The notes below the pieces were generated by a model that had not been told where the DNA came from, ran no database searches, and saw only the letters and a program-made list of their open reading frames with translations. From Balanoglossus misakiensis (lineage: Eukaryota > Animalia > Hemichordata), in NCBI GenBank assembly GCA_040954595.2, contig CM082582.2, positions 4,262,303 through 4,326,302 of the forward strand: a stretch of DNA of 64,000 bases, read 5' to 3'. Positions 48,684-60,296 of the stretch are shown in pieces. Numbering within the stretch: the stretch's first letter is position 1; each line of letters starts with the position of its first letter. Made by a program: the position numbers and the translations under genes.

Positions 48684-51600
48684 TCATTCCACTAAACCGA
48701 GTCTACATTCCGATTTCACCATCTTGCCGGCCAGTTCCACTTTGCGTTTCTCTTCAATCTCTTCTGGAGTCCAAGGTCTGTAATTCTTCTCCCATTCTTC
48801 CTGTGGGAAGAGTCTCTCGAAGTGGTCGCCACGTCCAAGGCTGATCTGATAGCGGAAAGGACAGAAGAACACCAAAATTAATGTGTGCACATGTACAAAC
48901 TGACAACTGTACCGTCTTTTTTGTTTTTGTCAAGATGTGTGAAAATAGCACAGTCCATTGTGAAGCGCAAGGTGGATATTCATTATGAACATACCTGTCT
49001 ATGTAGTAGATTCTTGAGTTTATTGGTGAACCTGTCCGGATTGTTGTCGCCAACAAAGATCCCCTTGTCTGCTCTGACCACCAACGAACCGCCCAGGTGA
49101 AGTCGTTCTTGGAGGACGCCGCGTTTGTACGAGGAGTAGACCCCCTGGGGGAAGGCTGTACATTTGCAGTCACGTGGGTTCATGTCGCCTGGTTTGAAGA
49201 ATTCGGTCACGCTCATTTTAGGAAAGCTGAGAAGAGAAACAAAATTATGGTGGTCATTTGTCTGTAGACGTAGACACATGAAAATAGAATTGCTCCTCAA
49301 AACCGGTGTACATTGTCTTGTATTTTGAAGAGACGCCACACTAAATATAAGTGACACAAATTCGTGCACCATAACTTTAAATGATTTTTCTCTTTGGGTC
49401 ATTTAACAAGTGACTGAACATTGTGTCGATATGCTTTGTAGTCAGAATTTTCTGTTTTATCATTCAAATGCAAACGGATTCAATTTTGGGATAAACTTAC
49501 CTGTGGTGATTATCTTCAATTGTAACAATGAAGACGTTCTCTTGACTCATGAAATAATCATTCTTCAAAACCCATTCCTGGGGTAGCTCATAATAATATT
49601 CCGCTGTTCCGACCATCTTATCTTCACCCTCTGAAAAAATAGAGCATTTCGATACAACTTTAGTTCAGATAGTTTTCTGTCTGGGATGGACGTCCATGGA
49701 CGCTCAATATGTAAAGTGAAAAGAAGTGATGTCTTCCGATCAGATCAATGTTACTTGGATAAGATCACTGTGGTCCAACATAACAGCTGCGCTAATTGGT
49801 GGAAACGATAATATGTCCGCTTTGAGGAATCTTGTCTTTATCACTTACTTGCTGTGTCGCCTGTTTCTGGTTTGAGAACAATGACGTCACACAGGTAGCC
49901 CTGTCCCATCTGGTACAAAGCAGATGTTGTGCTCACACGTTCTGAAAACAAAATGACGCAATGATGAGTACACCGTCAAAACGAGTGAACGAATCATGAT
50001 TCATGGCGAAGGAAACTGCGAAAATGAATACCCGGTAATGTTTTGTGATAAAAAAAGTCGTCTGCTTGGTCACAATCGCTTTCGTAGTTTCTATATAAAC
50101 TGCTTCATGTGCCTTTGTGGTCAATGAAAAAAATGTCAAACCAAAAAATGTAATGTCTCCCGGGGTCGAAGGTAAGAACGTACCAATCATGAACTTGGAA
50201 AGTTCTCCAGCGTCGAGTGATTTGAAAGTCTTCTTCGGCAGCTCGTCGTCGTCGTAGCGGGCGCCAAGCATGCCACTCAAAGTCTTGACGTTGTATCGGA
50301 AGCCGTGGATGAAACCGGAGGCGGCTCTTCGATCACGTGACTGCATAACTGTGCCGATGAAGTAGAGATCGGGAACGGTCGACTGCCAATGTTCGTCGAG
50401 GACGACGTATCGACCATCGGTGTGGGTTTCTAGCAGAGATGGAGATCAAGAATATTACAATCATCATGTGTTTCGATCAAAGGTTTTATCACATGATGTA
50501 CAAGACGAGATGTTTTGTTCCGCAACATATTGCAAATTATCATCTCTGGAAACCTCACGTATTTTTTGGGGTGTCTAATTTTCAGAATACGTAAACTCTC
50601 GTTCATTTATAAACAAACACTACTGAACTCCACAATTCTGAGGAGTACTACTGAGGTGGGGACAATTCAATGACCACAGCGCCACCAATCGGTGATGTGA
50701 GACTGACTTACCTGGTTTACAAGTTTCGTCAAACATGTCAATATTGATGAACTTCCATCCTGTCGCCAGAATGACTTTGTCGTAGCCCTTGCTGGTGAAA
50801 GTTGCGGTGCCTGGTGGGTCCCAGTGGGGCAATTCCATCTCGAAGGTCTGCGTGATTGTGCCGTCTTCCTCCCTGACGAACTTTTTGGTGTCGCACTGGC
50901 GGAGAGCGTGGAGCGATTTCAGATGGTACATGTCGAGGACGTTGTTGTTGACGGCTCTCAGATGACCCACGAAGTGAGTGTCCCACGCCAACTTGACGGG
51001 TGTGCGCGTGCACATGTGAATTATTGCAGCACTGCCGGCTAAGTAATCTGCACACTGCAAGTTGAATGAAAAATATATCATGAGTTTAAACATGTAGCTG
51101 GGTGAGTTTAAATAATTCTGGCGAGAAATCGCATGGTACATTTCCGAGGCAAAGTAAATGATTTTGAAATTAACGAGGTTTTTACTAAGCAAATCTTCAT
51201 ATCCCAGTGACTGAACAGAAATTCAGTACGTGAAGTTTTGCTAGTTTCCTGACATTTTTGTTTGGTCCACACGATACCATAGACCCCGGGTCTATGACGA
51301 TACATAATTTTAGTGGAGACAATCCTGTGGACAATTGTGGTCAGTACATAGAATCTTTGTCACCTCTGTGGATCGCACAAAACCTTTCCCGCTATGAGGG
51401 AAGATATCTTACCTCAAAGGCGCTGTTTCCGCCTCCAAGAATCAAAACCTTCTTGTTTTCATACTCCTTCAAATCCAGAGAATGTTCTTGATAGGTGTCC
51501 GCCACCTCGATGCCTTCAATATCCGGGACATTGGGCAGAGCTGGACCAGTGCCAACAATCAGAACTTTACAGGTGAATATTTTCCCGTTCTGGTCGGTGA

Positions 51601-52438
51601 TGGTGAAACGTGACGGGTGTCTTCTGTCCTGGACGGCTTCTCTGTTGACCTTGACTATGTTTGTGTTGAGACGCACCTTCAGATTGAACTTCTTGGCAAA
51701 GTCGCGTAAATAACTGGAAAAAATGACAGGACCACCCCGTGAATTATTTTACACCGGTATTCGTCACCATCTAATGCAAAATACTTTATATACATGTAAA
51801 AACCTAAGTGTATTGTTTTGAGAAAATGAGAATTCTGCATTGTGCAATTTGTGCCTAGGTCATGGATATTTTGTTACCAACATTATAAATACCTTCAACA
51901 TACGAATATCATTTCAGATTTCTTGACAACTTGCTACCAACGTGTGTTGAACTTCAAAATACACAAAAATCCGACTTACTCGACTAAAAGGCCTGCATCC
52001 GGGAACAGATCGTCTGAATAATCACAGAAAGAGATGTCGTCTTCGTCACAGACCAGAGAATTCCAATCATGGCGGAGATTGAATTCTCTCTCCTTGAAGT
52101 AGTTGTGTTTCTTGTTGATGGAGATCAGAGTGCGATGACGCGGGTACGTCTGGTAGAAGGAACCAACGCTGTCGTTCTTCTCCAGGACGATGTAATCTTT
52201 TCCCGCCTTCTCCATGCAGTAGGCCATCTGGACACCGGCGGGGCCCGCCCCGATGACGATGTATTCGTAATCTGAAAACAAAAATTCAGAAAAGTTAAGG
52301 AAAATTATACCGGTAGTACAGCAACTAGCTCGAACCATGGACGTCCATGCTCGAACAAAAGTCGACTTGGACGGTCGCAGGCATGCTTTTTGAGGCGAAA
52401 ACTATTTGAAAGAAACCCATCTTACCTGTTTTCTCCAT
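48684..52438 (-). CDS. FOXRED2: FOXRED2-like FAD/NAD(P)H-dependent oxidoreductase, paralogue A, 9 coding exons, about 603 aa
   Basis: Exons 52438-52426, 52271-51980, 51713-51413, 51054-50712, 50429-50184, 49941-49849, 49630-49501, 49226-48995, 48845-48684 (1812 nt). Motifs: [71 protein letters not shown]. Confidence 0.92.
52329..52356. mobile_element. 14-bp CATGGACGTCCATG palindrome flanked by a 7-bp direct repeat (transposon footprint)
   Basis: CTCGAAC-CATGGACGTCCATG-CTCGAAC. Confidence 0.65.
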
Positions 52439-52705
52439 ATTTCACTTCTTCGATGGCAGGTCAGAAGACAGCAAATAATCTGTGGAGAAAAAAATATGAA
52501 ATTGACTCTTAATTCGATTTCGAGTTGGTGTCAATAACAAGACAGTCGAGCACGAGAAAATGTTGGTGCAGTCATGGAGTGGTGCAGTTTAGTTCTAGCA
52601 TTGAGATAATGGTACCCCAATGCATAGACAATCTGTCTGTCGTTCCAGACTAGGAACTACAAGAGCCATGTGGCGGGATACTGCATATGTCGGTTTGGTA
52701 CTTAC

Positions 52706-52892
52706 CCGTCAATGCTGAACAATCTGAACGTGTTGCTGCGTACAGACGATCACAATAAATGCACCAGATTTACCAAACTAACCCATTATTTATATCCAAA
52801 GCTGAAAAGTCACATTTACATATTTGTATTTTTTTGCAAACAGAACTTCGTGGAGATAATCCGTCGTCATGTAACTTGACGGACTGCCAATA
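52706..52892 (-). promoter_or_regulatory. Probable promoter and non-coding first exon of FOXRED2-like A
   Basis: TATAAAT on the minus strand at about 52795-52789, CCAAT at about 52888, donor CGG|GTAAGT near 52706, and a polypyrimidine acceptor at about 52480 ahead of the ATG exon. Confidence 0.5.
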
Positions 52893-53593
52893 AACATGGA
52901 TTTCTTGGCAAATAGCGTCAACCACAGCCCCTATAGCATATTTGTCTTAGAAAGTCACATTTTGGTACATCCACGACAACTACAAAAAGTTACATCTGCA
53001 TAAGTGTTTCTGCTGACAATCAGGCCTGGTCGGACCTGGCCAGGACTGGCTTCGGTCTGGGAATTAATAAAGTGAGTGAGAATTGGCAGAATGCACGACA
53101 CAAATTGAATATTGTGACGAGAAAATGTGAACAGTCTTATGATAAACGGCCAAAGAATCTCGAGAATCTTGCTTTTCCATTCTGAAGTCACAAAGATCAC
53201 GCGACATAGATGAACTCTGTTTATGGAGGCAGATGCATCACAAACTGCACTGTTTGTGACTGCACCGAAAAACTCGTGTCTTACTGGGGTCCCCGTTACA
53301 TGTATGGCACAGACCACAGTCCTTCAAAAAAGTGACTTCAACGACACGGATAAAGACGAATGTAATCGAAACCGCTACAGCTAGAAATAGAGAGCAATGG
53401 CGTTTGGTTATCAGAAAGTAGAGTTGTGAATTCAGTACAGTATTGAATCACCATGTATGTTTGTAAACTTTATTTCTTGACTCTCTCAAGGCGTACGAAA
53501 GTGACTATGTTTTGATTTGTTACTGCATTTGAGAGACGTGTATTTTGAAGGCATGGGTACGTAGAGACTTGAAGTCAGTGTTGCACTTGATTG

Positions 53594-53954
53594 TAAGCCG
53601 ACAAAGTCCACAGGTAGTTTGCTGGTGTTCTCGGTCGGCCACAGACAACGGAGAAGTAGGAGGGTGGAGTACCGAGAGTGTCGGGGCACAGTTCTCGGCC
53701 GGCGCAATATCAAAGCCCGGTCCTCTTGTGCGGAGGGACGGTGATCAAAGCTTCGCGGGAGGTTTTGACACCTTTTCTTGGCGTGTTGGGGCACCCAGCC
53801 GCACCTGGCCCGCTTCCTGTGTCTTGATAAACGTGCATGTATACTCGTAGGGCTTCCTTGACGAAGCTTCGAGCGGCGTTTCTTCTCCACGTGTTGCGAG
53901 GAACCACAGTCCGAGCAATGGGGGAACATACTGGTATACAAAAGCTTCTACAAC
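53594..53954 (+). ncRNA. Candidate structured non-coding element, copy 1
   Basis: Nine ordered blocks shared with 54248-54571. Several stems are kept through G-U-compatible changes on the + strand. No shared reading frame. Confidence 0.45.
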
Positions 53955-53978
53955 ATTACTGTAATTGAAGCATAGACA

Positions 53979-54020
53979 GTAGAGGCATGGAGGTACTCTC
54001 TAGTACCTCCATGGTAGAGG
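53979..54020. mobile_element. 28-bp CATGGAGGTACT...AGTACCTCCATG inverted repeat flanked by a 7-bp direct repeat (transposon footprint)
   Basis: GTAGAGG-CATGGAGGTACTCTCTAGTACCTCCATG-GTAGAGG. The same end, CTAGTACCTCCATG, recurs alone at 55079-55092. Confidence 0.7.
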
Positions 54021-54247
54021 GAAGATTGAAGAGACATAACGTGTAAGCATAATTAGCAACATAAGATACATGCGACGAGAGTTTTCAATTTTCAAACTAA
54101 AACTAAAAAAATCCTCCCCCTTCATGAGGTTCGTGGTTATTTGTCTATGTAAGAGTCAAAAAGTCCAATAAAAGTTACAGAGTACTTATACATGTAGTTA
54201 ACAAGTCGAAATAGTTTGAAAACAAGGTCACAAAGTTTGTGGTTGCA

Positions 54248-54571
54248 TAAGCCGGCAAAATCCACCTGTTGTTGGCAAGTATTCTCTGTCGGTCACGGAC
54301 GAGGTGCAAAAAGATGGGTTGATAGTGCCTTTGCAATATCAAAGCACGATCTTCGTGTGTTGATCAACACTTCGCGTGAGGTTTTGACACCTTTTCTTGG
54401 CGTGTTGTGGCACCTGACCCGCTTCCTGTGTCTTGAAGAACGCGTGTACATGTGTAGGGCTTCCTTGACGAAGCCTCAAAGGGTGATCGTGTCTTGACCC
54501 CCATCCGCCTTGTCCACGTGTTGCGGGGAGCACCAGCTCCATGGGAACACAGACAATCTCGCTTCTACAAC
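54248..54571 (+). ncRNA. Candidate structured non-coding element, copy 2
   Basis: Direct-repeat paralogue of 53594-53954 with conserved blocks and variable-length hairpin spacers. Confidence 0.45.
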
Positions 54572-55799
54572 TTCGAAGGAAAAAATTTATATCCAAAGAC
54601 GAAACGTAAAAGCATATTCAGCAACATACGAAACATGCAACGCTACGCATCTTTAAAACTGTGAAACTTTAATAAATTTCCTCCCCCTCCTCCTTGATAA
54701 GAGGTTCATCAACACTTGCAGAAGTAAAATACAAACTTTGACTTTGTAATGTATAAAAGATGTGCATTTTCCATACAAAAACAGTAGTTTTACATTACCT
54801 ATAGGCTCATGCTCATGGTAAGAAGTGAGACGTATTTTAGAATTATCCATCAGGACCAACGCCAAAACAGCATTGATACAAGGTCAATAATTTATTTACA
54901 AAGCTTCAATTTGACTGAAACATCACAAAATATATTATTTGTACACGAAAAAAATTGCTCTGGGCACAGAAACATTTAAAAAGAAGCAGAATATTCGTGT
55001 CGTGGCCACAAGCGTGACGTCATTTTCTGTAGGAATGGACGCATCGTGTAGATTAAAATCCGTCCTCGCTCCTTCTATCTAGTACCTCCATGATTGGATG
55101 AAGTTTCCTTTCACCGTAGCCCATAGACTAGCCCACGGTCACTCCACCCTGACCGTGACTAACCCACTAGTCGCTTGACGTATGATTTCGTGTTTGTGTG
55201 TGCATTTTATGTCACCTTTGTGTTTCAATAAACTAAATTAGTCGTTCAATGTGACCATTTTTGTCTTTGACTGCGTTTAGAAGGATGAAGCCCTTCTTTC
55301 TTGAGGGACTGTGGCTGAACTTACTTATCGCCATCACAGCAGCTTACGCGATCACACACTCTGAACACGCTCACTCTCATGCTAACAAATAGTTCTTTAA
55401 AGTGGTTTGTTTTATTTTGACATATTTCCAATTGACTTTGGACAATTCTCTGCAGCCCCAGGATATCACACAGATTCCCGTGTGATTATAACACACCCGA
55501 TAGTAATACATTATGCAGGACCTCAACATTTTATGTAGAATAATAAACCCCCCAAAATCCAGATATAATTTATAGAGACCAGTGGAGAACTCATGTGCAG
55601 TGATCATAAACACGTTGAATATTTTTCGGTGCTGCACAAAATTTAGAACACTGAATAATTGAGTCAAAAAGGAGAAATAATGATTTGTAAAGCAAAATAT
55701 CCACTTTTCTCTTTCAAAATTTCCAACGTTCCGTTGACTTTCCTACAGAAGACCACCGCAGACGCGTGTTTTCAAATGTCAAAGTTGAGGCACAACACA

Positions 55800-56148
55800 T
55801 ACGTCACTTGACGCCTATGCTAATCCGCCCAGGGTCTCGCCGTCACACTTCTCTGAATGGTGTTGACAAAACTTATCCTACTCTCTTTGCTGATTGGTTG
55901 TACACGACTGAAATAAACATTCTCTATGCAGCTCCGCCTATCAACGGATTTGTAACGTTTATGAAACCACGAAGGTGTGAACTCCGCCCATTCGGGTTCG
56001 GGCAAACTCTAACCTCTATATAAAGCTCGACATTTTTACATTTTCACATATCTCTCTTGAGACGCTGACTTCGTGCACGTCAGAGAAACTCCCATTGCTG
56101 TGTCGCTGAATATTTCGTTACCGAAGTACTTTTGTAACTTAGGTAAGT
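55800..56148 (+). promoter_or_regulatory. Promoter and non-coding first exon of FOXRED2-like B
   Basis: CRE-like TACGTCA (55800), inverted CCAAT TGATTGGTT (about 55891), GC box TCCGCCC (55983), TATATAAAG (56017-56025), donor TAG|GTAAGT at 56142/56143. Confidence 0.6.
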
Positions 56149-56452
56149 TTTCCCCACGTCACAGCCCGCCGTTTGCCTTTGGCCTGTATCTAGGTCTTCG
56201 GTCCAACATTGAAGTATGTTCTTCCTTCATGGTTTTACAGGGAGACATGGAGAAAGTTATTTGATCATGAAGGCGCGACATTTACCTTTCTGTCCGCATT
56301 GGCAACTTACGTCCATGGTCGAAGTACTGTCATGGACTGTAGCAAATTACGCGTTGAAATTCCGTGCATTTTTTCTTCCCGAGCTAGCACTGAACTAATC
56401 GATTGCATTCCGTTTCATTTCCCAGGTTTTCCAGGATAAACATCTCCTGAAT

Positions 56453-59400
56453 ATGGCTGAAAAGACCGGTAAGTGTTTCAATCAGACCAATCTTCTGACG
56501 GAACGTACTACAATTCCCAACTATTCCTGAAAATTGAGCCAAAAATTTGATTCGCACACGTTGCAAATTTCCTAATGATTGTTGGCTTGAATTCTCTACA
56601 GACTATGAATACATTGTCGTTGGCGCTGGCCCTGCCGGAATACAGATGGCCTACTACATGGAGAAATACAAGATGGACTATCTGGTTGTGGAGAGAGCCG
56701 ACGGACCTGGCTCCTTCACTCGAAAGTACCCTCGTCATCGCAAGCTCATCTCCATCAACAAGAAATACAACGTCTTCCCTGAACCCGAATTCAACATGCG
56801 TCACGACTGGAACTCGTTGCTATGCGACGAAGAGGACCCGCTGCTGTTCACTGACTATACGGATGAACTCTTCCCTGACGCCGATTTCTTAGTCAAGTAA
56901 GTAAAAGTGGCCTTAGCTGAAATTCCGATATTGATAATGCTCTGTTGGCCATATCTGTTTCATCTATTGTTCACAACACGGTCCCTCGACCGTGTTCACA
57001 AAAATGAAATTTCAAATGTATTCAGTCCAGTGAATCACATTGCAAATGTCGACTTGAAATCGAAATTAAAACTCATATCTTGTCACGTCATTCTTACAGG
57101 TACTTTGAAGATTTCTGCAAGAAATACAAAACCAACATACGCTACAACACCAACATCACCAACGTGCACCGAGACGGGAAGAGCGACGACCACAAATCCA
57201 GATCGAGGTTCACCTTGACCGACGACAAGGGCAACAAGTTCACCAGTCGAGTTTTGATGATTGGTACCGGGCCGATCGTGCCGCATCACCCGCAGATCCC
57301 CGGCGTTGAACTCATCGACACGTACCAGGATCACTCGCTAGACTTGGAAGAGTACAAGAACAAGAAAGTTTGCATTCTCGGAGGTGGCAACAGTGCCTTT
57401 GAGGTGAGTACACCAGAACGCCACCATCGGTACTTTTTGCTAAGGACTTTTGTTTTTATTGTCAACTTCACTTTCGAAGTGACCACGAACGCACGACTTA
57501 CGTGATTTTATGTTTTGTCCATTCTTTCCCAGGTTGCTGATCATCTCGCCGGATCTGCTGGCCTCATTCACATGTTCAACAGGCACCCGGTCAAATTCGC
57601 TTGGGACACTCACTTCGTGGGTCATTTGAGAGCTGTCAACAACAACGTCCTCGACATGTACCATCTGAAGTCTCTCCACGCCTTGCGTAAATGCGAGGCC
57701 ACCAGAGTGTGGAAGACAGAAGATGGCAAATTCAGCATCGAATACGACATGCATCTGCCAAACTGGGATCCACCAGGCACCGGTCGCTTCGTCACCAGCG
57801 GATACGACAAGATCATCTCCTGCACAGGGTGGAAATTCATCAACATTGAAATGTTTGACGACTCCTGTAAACCAGGTAAGATCTTATTTTTCAGAATGAA
57901 GGAAATATTTTAATCGATTGAAAAAGTATGACAATCCACATATCTTCGACTTATCGATACAGAAACCAGAAACTGACAATTACTTATTTTTTGTTCTAGA
58001 AACACACACGGAAGGCAAATACCCAATCCTGGATGAACACTGGCAATCCACTGTTCCCGATATGTATCTGATTGGAACAGCCATGCAGGCACGTGACAGA
58101 CGAGCAGCTTCAGGGTTCATCCACGGTTTCCGCTACAATGTGCGCACTCTCACAAATATGCTGCGCAGCACCTACAATGGCCAAGAATTGAACCGACAAG
58201 TCTTCAGTCCTATCGACCAGGAAGAGATCTGCGACTCGGTCATCAGTAAGTGTTCCCATTTTTTATGAACGATACATGTATAAGGATTTTGTGTTGCCCA
58301 CTGAAGGGTCGAATCGCTATTTATAGACTAAAACGGATACAATATACAACCAGCAATAACTTATTATTGTATTTTTTGCAGAACGGGTCAGCGTTGTCTC
58401 GTCCCTTTACCAAATGGGTCAGGGCTTTCTCTGTGACGTCATGCTCATCCAATCGGAGGAAGACGCCAAGGCAGACAAACCCACAGCCGGTCGGATAGAC
58501 TACATCCGGGAACTTCCACAAGCCTGGGTGAAGAAACAAGACTGGTTCATGGATGCAAAACTGGCGGTCGTAGTCACCATTGAAGATACCATTAGCAAGT
58601 AAGTTAAGAAATATTACTGATATGTTCTATACCAAAATGTATACCAGGCACATTTTACCCTGGTTGAACTGGGGTAAATGTCACACTCGGAACGAGAAAT
58701 CACACCACTGATAATACCGGTATAAACAACCATGGCAGGTTAATTTGGTATACATATTGTCACTGCTTTGAATAGATATCGAAAGTGGGTTCGGCTACGC
58801 TGCCATATGCTAGTGTCCCACACACATGAAGCTCGTTGTGGCGAGAAATCTTTTCATGACCGTGCAAATGGTACTCCATGGATGAAACTAAACAACCTGA
58901 TTTCATTTTTCCAGGTATCCTAAGCTGAGTGCTCCAGAATTCTTCACTCCTGGCGACGTGAACGTCAGCAGCAGCAAATGCTCACCGTTTCCACAAGCCG
59001 TGTTCAGAGTCTACAAGAATGGCGAGATGGCGGAGGAACTTTACATTGGCGGTTCTCTGGTGGTGCGTGCGGACACCAGGAACTTCGATGGAGACACAAA
59101 CCCAGTCAGATACCTCAACAAAGTCAAGAATCTGTTCTACCGACATGTAAGTTACCCGTATTTTGCGTAGTTTGAACCAAAATTCAATTTCTCAACTTTT
59201 TGTAATAAAATGAGGTGCTACTAGCACTGACGAATCGACGCGTTTGGACGAATTCTTCAGCGTGTTCATAATGAGTTGCTTTCAATCGGCGCACAATTTG
59301 TCGTTATTTTTTTTTTTACAAATTTTAATAATTTGTGCAATTTCAACGTCCCTGGTTGGTCTTATTTGCGATACAGCGATGACCTTTCAAGTTCAAGTGC

Positions 59401-59620
59401 ATAACTCTACGCGCATCTTCTTTTCCAGACTGGCATCGGTAAAGACGGATTCTACGAGCAGCTGTTCACACCAGACATGTGGCCCAAGGTGTACCGTCCC
59501 TGGACGCAGGAAGAGATCGCCGAACAGACCAAGATGGAAATGGAGAAGATCAGCAGGGAGTCCAAATACGAGTGCAGTATATCCATCCTGAGACCAAAGA
59601 TTGACGTCAGCGATATGTAA
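56453..59620 (+). CDS. FOXRED2: FOXRED2-like FAD/NAD(P)H-dependent oxidoreductase, paralogue B, 8 coding exons, about 614 aa
   Basis: Exons 56453-56468, 56602-56896, 57100-57403, 57533-57875, 58000-58245, 58382-58598, 58915-59146, 59429-59620 (1845 nt). Motifs: [58 protein letters not shown]. Confidence 0.93.
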
Positions 59621-60296
59621 AACTAACAGAACATTTGGCGCAAACGTCTATTCCTTTGTCACAGAAGTACAAAATGCCTCATCGACTGTAATGAGCTCTT
59701 AAATCGTTTACCAAGACGAACGAACACTGGTTGTAATTCTAATGAATATTCAGAGCAACAGTGAGCTTTTTGTATAAACGGCGAAAATAGTAGCCTGTTT
59801 TACATTTCAACTTCACTTTTTTTAATAAAATGCAATTTTTATCTTACATCTTCTTGTTTGTGGACATTCACATTTTTTTGTAACCAGCTACATCCCCGAC
59901 AAATGAAACCATTCCCTCTAAAACTTGAAATCGCTTTTTGAGGAGTGTGACGCCATTTTTATTTTCAGAACTTTAGAGTAGCCTAACAACAAAAGTATGG
60001 CTATGAGAATACCTGGAATTAATCTTGATCTAGTTTTTTCACATTTACCAGTCTTTTACATGTACATCGTTAATTACTTCAGCGACACGGCAGAAGCTAT
60101 TAAAGGAAGACGACTCAATGTAATGATTTAATGTTGATTTTATTAGTTACATCAGTATCCTAATTTTTGACTGACAAACCGATAATAATTGAAAGAATGA
60201 ATATCCTCTAATCAACTATAACGATGCATGAAGACTTAATTAATGTTTCAATTCCTCCTGATCATATTTCGGCGGCTTCTTCCAAGCACGTGCACT

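Noticed and set aside
53594-54571. HDV-like ribozyme, RNase P/MRP or telomerase RNA identity for the duplicated element
   Set aside because: Partial resemblances exist (GCCGACAAAGTCC, TCCACGT, CGGCTTA), but I could not build the nested P1/P1.1/P2/P3 pseudoknot or find the RNase P conserved regions or a CTAACCC template.
53486-54596. ORFs sharing LRQGSPT and VPQHAKKRCQNL as a duplicated small-protein gene
   Set aside because: The similarity switches frame between blocks and the indels are not multiples of three, so conservation is at the nucleotide level.
48684-59620. Bacterial contamination or very recent horizontal transfer of the GC-richer FOXRED2-like genes
   Set aside because: Both genes have multiple canonical spliceosomal introns at shared positions and TATA/CCAAT promoters, and sit among host-type repeats.
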